Both the position numbers and the translations under genes were made by a program. A stretch of DNA of 64,000 nucleotides from Octopus vulgaris (Eukaryota), in NCBI GenBank assembly GCA_951406725.2, contig OX597835.1, positions 29,388,001 through 29,452,000 on the forward strand, given 5' to 3'. The notes beneath the pieces are model-generated. The model was given only the letters and a program-made list of their open reading frames with translations, had not been told where the DNA came from and searched no databases. Shown here in pieces: positions 13,824-26,502 of this stretch (position 1 is the stretch's first letter; every line of letters starts with the position of its first letter).

Positions 13824-14230
13824 TCTTTTGCTCTTTTACTTGTTTCAGTCATGTGACTGTGACCATGTTGGGGCACCGCCTTTAGTCGAGCAAATCGACC
13901 CCAGGACTTACTCTTTTATCGGTCTCTTTTTTGCCGAACCGCTAAGTTACGGGGGCGTAAACACACCAGCATCGGGTGTCAAGCGATGTTGAGGGGGGGG
14001 GGCAAACACAGACAAACATGCACACACACACACACATATATATATGTATATATATACATATATATAAGACGGGCTTCTTTCAGTTTCCGTCTACCAAATC
14101 CACTCTGAAGGCTTTGGTCGGCTCGAGGCTATAGTAGAAGACACATACCCAAGGTGCCACGTTGTGGGACTGAAACCGGAACCATATGGTTCGTAAGCAA
14201 GCTACTTACCACACAGCCACTCCTACGCCT
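13824..14230 (-). mobile_element. SINE family A
   Basis: Reverse-complement consensus match. Confidence 0.9.
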
Positions 14231-14372
14231 ATATATATATATATTTTTTTTTTTTTTGTGTGTTTATATTTGTGTCTGTCTGTATGCGTGTGTACAGACA
14301 CACACACATACACAAATATGTTATTTGTTTCAGTCACTTTAAATACGGCCATAACCACTGGGCCATTGCGCT

Positions 14373-14435
<63 letters not shown>

Positions 14436-14489
14436 ATATTTGTGTCTGTCTGTATGCGTGTGTACAGACACACACACATACACAAATAT

Positions 14490-14686
14490 GTTATTTGTTT
14501 CAGTCACTTTAAATACGGCCATACTGGGGTGCCGAGACACACCGACACCAGTTATTTAGAGCTTGCTACTTATTCTATCGGTGTCTTTTGGCGAACCTCT
14601 AAGGTTAGGGGTGCCGAGACACACCAACACCAGTTATCGAGCGGTGATTGGGGGACAAACACAGACACAAAGACACGCAAGCACAC

Positions 14687-14752
<66 letters not shown>

Positions 14753-14885
14753 AAAAATATACTACGAGCTTCTTTCAGTCTCTGTCTATCAAATCCACTC
14801 ACAAGGATTTGGCGGAAACAAGGCTACAGTAGAAGACACTTCCTCCAGGGGTCACGCCGTGGGCCTAAACCACACAGCCACAATA
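14490..14885 (-). mobile_element. SINE family A, decayed
   Basis: Partial match; preceded by a local ~90-bp duplication (14257-14352 / 14430-14522). Confidence 0.7.
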
Positions 14886-15097
14886 ATTCCACGAGACTCC
14901 GGCAGCGGGTGGTGGCGAACCCTGTTGTACTCTTTCGCCCCAACTTTCTCTCACTCTTTCTTCCTGCTTCTTGAGTAACGCTGCGATAGACTGACGTTCC
15001 GTCCAGCTGGGGGGAACAAATACGCCTGGGTAGGCTTGAAAAGGGCGCAAAAAAAAAAAAAATATATATATGTATTTATATATCGAATATATATATA

Positions 15098-15989
15098 TAC
15101 GTGGTCTGATCAATAAGTATCCTGACTGTTGTCATAGTAACGAGACTAAAGCGCACAGTGTGAAGCCGCTTGTCACCTACAACTCTGCTGTGCCAGCGCG
15201 CTAAGCTTTAACGTTCTAATTCACTTTTGCTGTTTACAGCTATGCTTGGAAGGAAGGTGTGTAGCGTGTAATCGTACCATTAACCATAAGAGAGAAAGTT
15301 GAGCAGAGAATCTGCATCAAATTTTGCCAATATCTGAGATTCTGCATCAAATTTTACGATATTTGCTCAGAGGCCTACGTAAAGTTTTCAAAAAATTTTC
15401 ATCGTCCTCGATACAATCAACAAGATCTTGTGCAGCTGAAACCCGAGTGTCTTTGGTCACCCGAAATCAGTTTTGGCACAAACTTGGCAGACACGCGTTT
15501 CATACCCAAATCTTCATTGATAATAGACTGAACTGAACCGTAACTAATCTGCACATTCTCTATTAATTCACGGATGGTAATTTGACGATTTCCCCGCCCA
15601 GCTGCACGCACATCTGCGATGTTTTTCCCAGTTCTGCTGCTTGCAGGTCTCCCAGAACGTTCGTCAATATCGACATCTTTTCGGCCATCTTGGAAACGTC
15701 TGAACCACTGTTACACTTGTGTGCAGCTCATACACTTCATACATTTACATAGGTCTCTCAAACAGAAATCGCCATGATAACTTTCTCTGTCATAGCCAAT
15801 GCGACGATCACACGCTACACACCTTTCTTCCAAGCACAGCTGTAAACAGCGGAAGTGAGCTAGAACGTTAAAAATTAGTGCGCATGCACAGCAGAGTTCA
15901 AGGTCAATCGTTTCCATGTGGCTTCACTTAGCGTGCGTCAGCTTCGTTACTATGGCATTAGTCTACATACGTATTGATCAGACCTCGTA
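15098..15989. mobile_element. Mariner-derived fold-back element (two 5' ends in inverted orientation)
   Basis: TIRs TACG(T/A)GGTCTGATCAATA at both ends, and ~250 bp of 5' UTR/N-terminus present on both strands. Minus strand encodes WFRRFQDG..DERSGRP and RQITIREL..ISYGSVQSIINEDLGMKRVSAKFVPK. Confidence 0.88.
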
Positions 15990-16108
15990 CGTACTCATTC
16001 TACACCTGTAAGGCATTTTCTATTGTGCATAACGTTATTTTGTCCTGTCCTTGCACACATTCCTCAGCTTTTCCTGTAGCTCTATGCTCTGGCGCTCCCG
16101 TTGATAAC

Positions 16109-16175
16109 AGTGGTCTTGGTTTTAAATAACGTGAACCCACTAAGGCGTCTCGGAAACCAACTAATGAGAAAATCA
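16109..16175 (+). ncRNA. Rearranged hammerhead candidate, family H3 (core decayed)
   Basis: AGTGG-T-C-TTGGTTT...GAAC-CCACT...AAACCAA-CTAATGA: perfect stem III (5 bp) and stem I (7 bp) in exact register, GUC site, one mutation in each core box. Confidence 0.55.
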
Positions 16176-16347
16176 GCTGCGAACATTCCTTGTATCGTGT
16201 TTTTGTCTCCTTTTTCTGTCAGTTATGTTTTCGCTGTTTTCGTCAATTTTTTTCTTCTCTGTCTAACTTTTGATATATATAAATGTAAGCATATTTATAT
16301 AGATATATACATACACACATACACAAACACACACACATACACACACA

Positions 16348-16403
<56 letters not shown>

Positions 16404-16574
16404 CATGTATATATGACGGGCTTCTACATAGTTTCTGTCTACTATATTTCATTCACTAAATAGCGGTCAAACAAGTCGAGGACATTTGCCTAATGTATTA
16501 AACAGTGTGATGGAACCTGAAACACATAATTACAAAAGTGATTGCTTAAACACGACTATCGAATGATCCTACGC

Positions 16575-16760
16575 ACGTAAGCGAAAGCAGGGCATTGCAG
16601 TTGCTCGTCTTTGTGTGTTTGCGAAATTACTGGAAAACGGCTGATTAGATTTTCACCATTTTTGGCAGAAATACTCAATGGGTGAGTGCCTCGAACTCAC
16701 TATTTTGGTTTGATTATCTTCAAAATTGGCGGACGGCTAAATCGATTTTTTTTGTTACAT
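16575..16760 (+). mobile_element. Possible Helentron/DINE-like non-autonomous fragment
   Basis: GTGTGTTTGCGAAATTACTGGAAAACGGCTGATTAGATTTTCACCATTTTTGGC resembles the conserved block of such elements; ends not defined. Confidence 0.3.
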
Positions 16761-17159
16761 ATGCATAAACGATTAGCAAGGGAAATAACTCTTGATGCCA
16801 TTTTGTTGAAATATGAATTCGTCTGAGAATATATTTATTGGATTAAATTTTATTTTATCCTTGTGTGCGCGCAAGCTATGTATCGATCCTCTGATAAATT
16901 TTGTTTCATTTAATTTTTGTATTGATAAAAATCGAATAATTACAGTAAAATTTTCCAGCATGTCAAACAAAATGTTTTTCTTGTTACTGTCATTGTTTAG
17001 CCAAGGAAATATGGGATCACACTAGTTATGACCCCTTTATAATTCTCTCAGACTATATCATCACATGTTTTCTTTTATGGTTTAAGGCGACAGAACGTAG
17101 TCTGAATGAGGAATTTCTTGGTTTGGCTTCGCGAACGAATTTTAAGAAAAGGGTGGTCC

Positions 17160-17990
17160 ACTTCAACAAGGCTAATGCTGGACAATCAGGCACGGTCGCA
17201 GTGGCAGCAGTTGAATGTCTTGGTCAGGATTTGATGACGTGATGTTGCGGTTCTTCCTCCTACGCCTCTATGAGAGTGGTTCTGTAGGTGTTACTGAAGA
17301 GGGAGACAGCAAGGCTGATGATGAGAGGCCACTTTTCTCGGTCCTCGGGCTAGGGTGGACCACTGACGATGTTCGTTGTGACAGACACTAAAGGATATTT
17401 CAAGCAGTCCTTGTATCGCTACTTTGGTACCTCTCTGTCAGGGTGTGTGGAGGCATGTGGCTTAGTGGTTAAGATGTTGGACACATGATCGCAAGTTTGT
17501 GGTTTCGGTTCTTGGACCGGGTGACGCGTTGTGTTCTTGAGCAAAACACTCCATTTCATGTTGCTCCTGTTCACTCAGCGGGCAAAAATAAGTAATCCTG
17601 CGACGGACCGGCGTCTCATCCAGGTGGGGCATATACACGCCATGAAACCATGAAACCGGCCCTTGTGAGCCGGCATAACACGAGAAGGTAACTTTAACAT
17701 ATCTTACCTTACCACTGTCACGATGGCCAGTGGATAATTTACCGTACAGCGTGATTCTGGGCAGGCAAAGATGCTTCATCTTAGAGAAGCGCTCTGCCCA
17801 GTGTACATGGGACTTCAACAGCATGGTCTCGATGATGGTGGCCTCTACCCATTTAAGGACTTCGAACATAGCTGACGAAGTGACTTTAGTTTATGTTGAG
17901 AATGGTGCGGAGTCAGCACTGGTGGAACCAATCGAATAGTCGTAGATGGTGGCGATAAGTGATCCACGACCCTGAGCCATGTAGGTAAGT
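17160..17990 (-). mobile_element. RTE-clade LINE 3' fragment interrupted by a SINE
   Basis: IETMLLKSHVHWAE..LPRITLYGKLSTGHRD / EVPK*RYKDCL, an RTE C-terminal signature. Confidence 0.75.
17449..17712 (+). mobile_element. SINE family C (tRNA-derived) nested in RTE
   Basis: A box TGGCTTAGTGG and GTGTTCTTGAGCAAAACAC core; possible CTGTCA target-site duplication; second copy at 57515. Confidence 0.85.
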
Positions 17991-18171
17991 GGTAAGTACT
18001 ATGGGGTTGTTCTTTCTTGCAGCTTCAATTAACATGTAAATCTATGATAATATATGCGTGTGGGAAAGCAAAAGGGTATGCATACGCATTCGGATATATA
18101 AGTAGATGTTTATATCAACCAGGATACATACATACACATATACATACACACATATACACATACATATACAT

Positions 18172-18218
<47 letters not shown>

Positions 18219-18278
18219 TATATAAATGTATGTGTGTATGTACGTATGTGTATAAGATTTGTATATATATATATATAC

Positions 18279-18314
<36 letters not shown>

Positions 18315-18425
18315 GCATATATATGCGTGTGTGTGTATATGTGTGTGTGTGCATGTATATATATATATATATATATACATACATATAAATATATGCAGAT
18401 AGGCATATACGTATGTATGTAAATG

Positions 18426-18457
<32 letters not shown>

Positions 18458-18537
18458 TATATACATACATACATGCATACATACATACATACATACATAC
18501 ATACATACATACATACATACATACATACATACATACA

Positions 18538-18571
<34 letters not shown>

Positions 18572-19079
18572 GTATGTATATGTGCAACCACACATGCAAA
18601 CACACACAAATACTCGCTTACGCACACACATTTTTGACTCAAGAATCAAAAATATAAATTTCCAGTGAAATGTCTTTGAAATTCTCTCTTAAAATCTCAT
18701 TCTAATTTGCATATCAAACAGAAAGTTTTGCTTCCTTCTTTACACACTTGTGTAAATGGCGATTAACGATATCAGATTCATAGAATCTAACCATTAATTC
18801 CTTTTAAAATATGATTTAATCTGAATTTAGTGATATATGCTTTGATTATTCTAAAAAGACTTCATAAGGAAACAAGACATGAATATCATAAACGAGAAAA
18901 AAAGTTTGTTGATTTTGTTTTTGTTGCTGTTGTTTTTGTAATTGTTGTTGTTGTTGTTCATGTAGTTATCTTTTTATTTTATTTTTTATTTTGCTTCTTA
19001 AATAAATATATTTTTGTGTTTTCCGCTTCTCTACTTCCGCGGTGATTCAGATGTCGAACACAAGGATATAATGAGAAAG

Positions 19080-19145
<66 letters not shown>

Positions 19146-19304
19146 CATCATCATCATAATTATCAGTAGTACTAGTAGTATTTATTATATGCTTGTTAAT
19201 GTGTGCGATTGTGGAAATATATTAATATATGTATGCATGTATATTCACATATACACGCAGACACAGATAAATGTACATACATATATAAACATACAAATAT
19301 ATAC

Positions 19305-19391
<87 letters not shown>

Positions 19392-19556
19392 TGCATATAT
19401 ATATATACATATATATACGTATACATATATATATATACAAATACATATATATGTATATATGTATACGTATATATATGAATATATATATGTATGTATATAT
19501 ATATGTATATATATATATATATTTATATATACAGATATATATGTGCAGAAGTATAC

Positions 19557-19617
<61 letters not shown>

Positions 19618-20734
19618 TGCATATATACAGAGACTTACACTCAGGAAAATATATATGTGCATTTGTGGGCAAAAACATCTATATATGTATATGTGTGTGT
19701 CTATATGCATGGACACACACACACGCATATATTGTATGATACATATTCTTCATAAAAATATCAAATCACCGGTTATTAGCCTAAAAACAGAAGGGGTTGA
19801 TATATGTGTATCCACAGAAATGTAGCTGTGGAACCAGTAATATGAACCAAAGAAATGGAACGGTCACAAGAACACGTTTGATTATACGTTGGTTCAATGA
19901 TGGGTTATTGTGCAGTCAACCAAGGAATTGCTGTCTCTCTCCGGGCAAGAGTCACTTCTGATACGTCAGTGTTTTTTTTTTCGGACCAAATATGAAGGCA
20001 AGATCATCATATGGCCAACCGCCCTATTTTAACGGTCCTTGGCTTTGTACTACTTGTCCAGTCTATCCGTATTTTATTTAAACACTTTTGATACCAAACC
20101 GTTTGAGATCGACCCTGTTTGTATGATACATAATTTACACTTTAAAATGAAACTCTTGACCGAAACAGAGTAAAGTGGCTTCAAGCTAACAAAGGGCAAG
20201 CAAGATTTGTTCTTTCGAAGTGGAATGTTGCTGGTTTAGAAGTAGGGATGTTGTGGGTTTATTGCGGCTTTGCTACGGGTTTACTGAGGATTTGGAATCT
20301 TCTGTAGAGATTACATAGCTGACATCATAGGGTAAAAATAGACAGACATTCATCAAGTTTGCTGAAGCAGTAAAGGTTATTTCAAGGCGGGTGTGATTCA
20401 GGAGGTATAAGCCGTGGAACGACAATGTTACTGGGGTAGTGCTAAATGGACAAAGCTGGAGCATGATGACACTAAGGCAGGTTCGCACACGTGAGACTGT
20501 CCGATGGTGAAAGATCCAGCACATCTAGTAATCCCAAGAAACATTATTGGTGATGTGCCCAGGTTCATCACAGGATGATACAAGAAAGAAAACCATCAAA
20601 ACTTCGTGTTGATTTATGTCCAAAGCACCATCATACAACTGAGAAACTTATTTTATTATATTCTTCATTATTTTCAGAATTAATTGAATCAAAGCAAGTG
20701 TATTTCAACAGAAATAAAGCAACAAAAATGATAT

Positions 20735-21248
20735 ATTTTTTCTGTCCTCGGATATTCTTACTGTAGACGAGCGTATGCTCGAAACGTAAAAGACTTCCTT
20801 AACGAAAATGCATCACGCTTGTTTATTGCTGCTTTTACTCGTCTTCACGCCAGCTTAATTCAATTCATCTTTGGTCGAAAGACACATGTTAATGTCCTGT
20901 TATTTTCATTTGTATTTGTGTACCATTCCTCCTGTCCTTGTTTTCGTGTACATTCGCTGCTTTCTTCAAAGGAATCCAGGGCTCTTAGCTTAGTGTTTCC
21001 TTGGGGCTGGCCAGATTGGAGCAGTCTCGAGTATCACCAGCAAAAATATAACAAAAGCTGTTACTTGGAGTTTCACGTTCCTGTTCGTCGGACAGTTTGT
21101 TAAAATAGAACCGAAATAACGAAGAACTGAAACTTCGAGTAAGAGCTTTTGATATATTTCTGCTGTTTTTAAATAAAGCACATTACTCTACCTCTGGTAT
21201 TTGAGTACTCTTTTTTCCACCTTGTTTCACATTTATGTGCTTACTCCG

Positions 21249-21250
<2 letters not shown>
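20735..21250 (+). mobile_element. Mosaic of Penelope-like terminal-repeat fragments
   Basis: GAGCGTATGCTCGAAACGTAAAAGAC (~20770). 20985-21047 is homologous to the H2 element at 9.6 kb (AGCAG-TC-TCGAGT). Ends in (TA)n. Confidence 0.55.
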
Positions 21251-21296
<46 letters not shown>

Positions 21297-21543
21297 TATT
21301 TATTTATATATATATATATTTATATATATATAAGAAATATTGAATTTCTAAATCTCTCGTAGAGACATGTACGGGGGTGGGGCGATAGAATGGTTGTATA
21401 CTGTCAATCTAACAAGAACGTGACAGTAGGGGGTACACCACCGCTGTATAGCCCTAGGAAGCATCGAACGCCTCCTGATAGCTTTGACACATTTTTTCCC
21501 TGTGTCCTTATATACATATACATATATATATTTATATATATTT

Positions 21544-21588
<45 letters not shown>

Positions 21589-21593
21589 GAAGG

Positions 21594-21644
21594 AGCTTCT
21601 ACAGGACTAGAACTGTTTCTTTCAGATGAAATCTTCAGGAAGCT
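21594..21644 (-). ncRNA. Canonical type I hammerhead ribozyme (intact)
   Basis: AGCTTC-CTGAAGA-TTTCA-TC-TGAAA-GAAA-CAG-TTCTAGTC-CTG-TA-GAAGCT: all core nucleotides and stems I-III present, GUA site. Confidence 0.85.
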
Positions 21645-21652
21645 GGCTAGTC

Positions 21653-21703
21653 AGCTTCCTGAAGATTTCATCTGAATGAAACAGTTCTAGTCCTGTAGAA
21701 GCT
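21653..21703 (+). ncRNA. Canonical type I hammerhead ribozyme (mirror copy)
   Basis: Same as the minus-strand copy except for a T.T mismatch at the base of stem II. Confidence 0.75.
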
Positions 21704-21788
21704 CCTTCTATAAAATAAACTACTTTATTCTGCTATGTATTGAGTACCTTATTTACTGTGGTTAACCCCGACTCAACCCGGGACCTAC

Positions 21789-21869
<81 letters not shown>

Positions 21870-22094
21870 CATGTATGTATGTATACACACCATATAATAC
21901 ATATATATTATATTATACCTTGATACTGTGTGGTCTAAGATCCCCGTTGACATGCCGCTGGTATTCATAGAGTGTTAAACACTTTCGGTATGGAAATTAG
22001 GAATACCTTCATAGAGTAACTGCTGCATTTGTAGAGTATGTAAACAGTTTGGCTGATTGTTTCTCTGGAAACTGTTAGAATGGTGTAGAAGCCC

Positions 22095-22129
22095 CTGATG
22101 AGAACCCAATAACGTTCGAAAATCGATTC
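22095..22129 (+). ncRNA. Hammerhead core lacking stem I
   Basis: CTGATGA-GAAC-CCAATAAC-GTTC-GAAA-ATCGAT-TC; palindromic helix III, but the flanks do not pair. Confidence 0.45.
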
Positions 22130-22208
22130 AGTAGAAATGGTTAAAATTTGCCCTGTTTATAATTATACCATATGTTATGTGTAATATTAATATATATATA
22201 TATATATA

Positions 22209-22523
22209 TCTGGAAGCACTCCGTCGGTAACGACGATGAGGGTTCCGGTTGATCCGAATCAACGGAACAGCCTGCTCGTAAAATTAACGTGTAAGTGGCT
22301 GAGCACTCCACAGACACGTGCACCCTTAACGTAGTTCTCGGGGATATTCAGCATGACAGAGAGAGAGACAAGGCCGGCCCCTTGAAATACAGGTACAACA
22401 GAAACAGGAAGTAACAGTGAGAGAAAGTTGTGGTGAAAGAGTACAACAGGGATCACCACCATCCCCTGCCGGAGCCTCGTGGAGCTTTAGGTGTTTTCGC
22501 TCAATAAACACTCACAACGCCCG
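22209..22523 (+). repeat. Interspersed structured repeat in (TA)n
   Basis: 3' part matches 14890-14975 in reverse; contains the hairpin GTTCCGGTTGAT-CCGA-ATCAACGGAAC. Confidence 0.6.
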
Positions 22524-22560
<37 letters not shown>

Positions 22561-22924
22561 AATGTGCGATAAAATGTTATGCTCAATAGAGTACAACGCA
22601 TCACCTGGTCACTGTTTGTGAAGTGGTAATGGGGGGACAAACACAGACACAAAGACACACACACACAAGCACACACTACACACACGCATGCACACACATG
22701 CACACACACACACACACACACATATGTACAAGGGGCTTCTTTCTGTTTCTGCTTACGAAGGGTTTGGTCGGCCTGAAGCTGTAGTAGAAGACACTTGTCG
22801 AAGGTGCCACGTGGTGGGATTGAACACGGGGCCAATCTTATATATATATAAAGCAATCTTATATATATATAAACACTCACACACTCACACACACACACAC
22901 ACGCAGATATATATGTATAGATGT

Positions 22925-23013
<89 letters not shown>

Positions 23014-23924
23014 TACAGCAAATACACGAAAACGAAATTAAAGAAAAACATCGACAAACGTTCGGTGTATATTTTTGTTGAGGAACAGTTACAAGAATTT
23101 CTATCGTGAATATTTTGGCAGCAAGAAATTTCATTTAAATCACTTCACCATGTTTTTTTTTTATTGTTTTTTTTTTATTTTAGTGTTTGCCTATTGGATG
23201 CTTTTGAAAAACCTTTTATCGTTGTTTTTCTTTAGGTTTAAAAAATGTTGATGTAATACGCTTTTCTTTTTGTTTTTTTGCTTTTAACCTTTTAACCATT
23301 TTACCAAACTGAAATGTTTTATTGAAGAAAAATGTTACACGTATAAAATAGTAAATTAAACAATAAAGCTTAATGAAATACTACGAGAAGCCCTTCTTAA
23401 ATCATCGTATCTTTCCTCTTCCTCGGAGGAAAGAAATATCTAAAGAGGCTTGTAAGACCGCCTCATGGTCTGAAAGAACAAAATAGAAAAAGCGTTTCTC
23501 CGGAGATCATTAAGCATACGGCTACTTTTCTGGACACGATATCTATACGTCTGAGGGAATGTGTGTGTGTGTGTGTGTGTGTGTATGTCTGTCTCTGTGA
23601 GTGTGTCTGTGTGTGTGTATTTGTACGTGTGTCCGTGCGTGTGTGTGTGTTTATATATATAGTAAAGCCAGTCGCCACATCAGAGTGGTTGTTCAGTGTT
23701 ACTACTAGTTTAACCCTAAGCAAATTCCCCGCCTGCTCGTTATCGGTGCGACTCTGCACCCTTATATACACAATCTTGTTAGCAGGGGAAGCGAACGTCT
23801 ACAGCCCTCTAGCAGGTATCAGGATCGCAAGACAGACTCGGTTTCGTGCTGCTTGGCCTATCCTCAGTTGCAAGTGTACCTGTACGCCAGAGCGATAGCT
23901 GAGTACCTAATCATACTCTCTCTC

Positions 23925-24130
23925 TCTTTTCTCTTTTACTTGTTTCAGTTATTTGACTGCGGCCATGCTGGGGCACCGCCTTTAGTCGAGCAAATCGACC
24001 CCGGGTCTTATTCTTTTTGTAAGTCCAGTACTTATTCTATCGGTCTCTTTTGCCGAACCGCTAAGTGACGGGGACGTAAACACACAAGCATCGGCTGTCA
24101 AGCAATGCTAGAGGGACAAACACATACACA

Positions 24131-24196
<66 letters not shown>

Positions 24197-24367
24197 CATA
24201 TATACGACAGGCTTCTTTCACTTTCCGTCTACCAAATCCACTCACAAGGCATTGGTCGGCCCGAGGCTCTAGCAGAAGACACTTGCCCAAGATGCCACGC
24301 AGTGGGACTGAACCCGGAACCATGTGGTTGGTAAGCAAGCTACTTACCACACAGCCACTCCTGCGCC
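23925..24367 (-). mobile_element. SINE family A, full length
   Basis: Complete head-to-tail match. Confidence 0.95.
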
Positions 24368-24408
24368 TTATATTTTTTCTTTATTTAAAAAAAAATTACC
24401 ATAACATA

Positions 24409-24820
24409 GGCGCAGGAGTGGCTGTGTGGTAAGTAGCTTGCTAACCAACCACATGGTTGCGGGTTCAGTCCCACTGCGTGGCATCTTGGGCAAGTGTCTT
24501 CTGCTATAGCCCCGGGCCGACCAATGCCTTGTGAGTGGATTTGGTAGACGGAAACTGAAAGAAGCCTGTCGTATATATGTATATATATATATGTGGTGTG
24601 TGTGTGTGTTTGTCCCCCTAGCATTGCTTGACAACCGATGCTGGTAAGTTTACGTCCCCGTCACTTAGCGGTTCGGCAAAAGAGACCGATAGAATAAGTA
24701 CTGGGCTTACAAAGAATAAGTTCCGGGGTCGATTTGATCGACTAAAGGCGGTGCTCCAGCATGGCCGCAGTCAAATGACTGAAACAAGTAAAAGAGTAAA
24801 AAGAGTAAAAGAGTAAGAGT
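24409..24820 (+). mobile_element. SINE family A, full length
   Basis: GGCGCAGGAG head, TGGCTGTGTGG (A box), GGTTCAGTCCC (B box), (GTAAAAGA)n tail. Confidence 0.95.
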
Positions 24821-25284
24821 ATAACATATATATTTCATATTAATTCATCGGGACTTAATTATTTCACTGAATACTTCGCACTTTTGAAAATTAATTGGAA
24901 GAAAGACAGCAGGTTTCGACAGAGATATGCTAAAAGAAAAAATGTTGACGTTAAAGTGAACTTGCCTGATCAGTTGGCTATTATCGTTGCTATGTCGAGT
25001 AATCAATATGAAGCATTCTCATTGACACGAATTTTCAATTGTCAGAACGAGTAAAATTGATTTAGGACTGTGACGAAGCTGGAACAGATGACAGCAACTT
25101 ATCGATGAAATAAATAATGCCGACAAAAGTACTGTTGATTAACGAACTAATTGATTGAGTAGAGGATTGGTGAAGCGGTTATTAAGGTAAATGCTTAATT
25201 GATTAACTAGTTGCGTAATAAAAGAAGCTAAATATAGCCATTGTCCATGTTTGTTTGTAGGCAAACCACAAGTATACAGACACA

Positions 25285-25357
<73 letters not shown>

Positions 25358-25358
25358 T

Positions 25359-25454
<96 letters not shown>

Positions 25455-25683
25455 ACAATTTAACAAATAAAACATATGCATACATACATACATATATGTA
25501 CATACCTACATCTATATATATATATATACATGCATATATATATATATATATAAATATATATGAGTACAGGACACCACAAATATACGTAGAACACAACGAG
25601 AAGCGAAAACAAAAATAAACAAGGAAACGGACTTTTTTTAACAACGAAAAACAGAGTATAAGACAAACAATACAAGGAATATT

Positions 25684-25745
25684 CCCCTTCATCAGCTGCC
25701 CCTGGTTCGACTCAATGCGTGTTTCGAAGGTAAGGGCAGAACACG
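25684..25745 (-). ncRNA. Rearranged hammerhead candidate, family H1 (inverted copy)
   Basis: Identical to 26441-26502. Confidence 0.7.
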
Positions 25746-26440
25746 ATCCGGACGTAACAATCCTTCCTGCAAAAAGAATTAAATAAAATTCTTTTGCAGA
25801 GGGGTAAAAAAAAAAAGAAAGTGACAAGAACATGCATGTATATATACATATAGATGTAGGTATGTACATATATGTATGAATGTATGCTTATGTTTTATTT
25901 GTTAATTTGTTATTATATGATTGAACGTCTCGCGTCACTTTCTTATTTCTCCAAGTAAGTTATTATTATAATAATTATGACGCGCACTCTCAACTCTTTA
26001 CTTGACCTTTCCTTCCTGCCTGTCTGTCTTCCTCTCTACCTGTCTCTCTCCTTCTTATTTTTTACCCTTTCTGGTTTCTTTTCCTCTCTTTCTCTCACTC
26101 CTCCTCCCCCTCTCTCTCTCTCTCACTTCTCCTCTCTCTGGCCGCTGACCGGACTACTAAACTTCCTTTCTCTCGCTGCTTTCAACAAGTCAACATCGAC
26201 TTTCTTCTTGTCTCCAGCAAATTGATCTTCTGAATTGCCTTCCAACGAATTTTTTCACCGTCTAGGCTTAAAAAAAGCCCGTAATGTTTGTTTCCTTGTC
26301 CTGTTTTTATTCTTTATGTGTACTGTATTTTTATTTATTTGTATTGCCTTTTACGTCCTGTTCTTGTCACTGTTTTTTTTACCCCTCTGCAAAAGAATTT
26401 TATTTAATTCTTTTTGCAGGAAGGACTGCTTCGGCCGGAT

Positions 26441-26502
26441 CGTGTTCTGCCCTTACCTTCGAAACACGCATTGAGTCGAACCAGGGGCAGCTGATGAAGG
26501 GG
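26441..26502 (+). ncRNA. Rearranged hammerhead candidate, family H1
   Basis: CGTG-T-T-CTGCCCTT-ACCTTC-GAAA-CACG-(14 nt)-AGGGGCAG-CTGATGA-AGGGG: stem III CGTG/CACG, stem I 8 bp, intact core. Confidence 0.72.

Larger units (their letters stand above)
21585..21790. mobile_element. PLE-like fold-back: ~128-bp palindrome plus 3' tail, within (TA)n
   Basis: Arms 21585-21644 and 21653-21712 differ at one base; extra tail at 21713-21790. Confidence 0.85.

Noticed and set aside
16773-16970. IFSDEF motif suggesting a Tc1 transposase
   Set aside because: Too short and decayed; no TIRs or further motifs confirmed.
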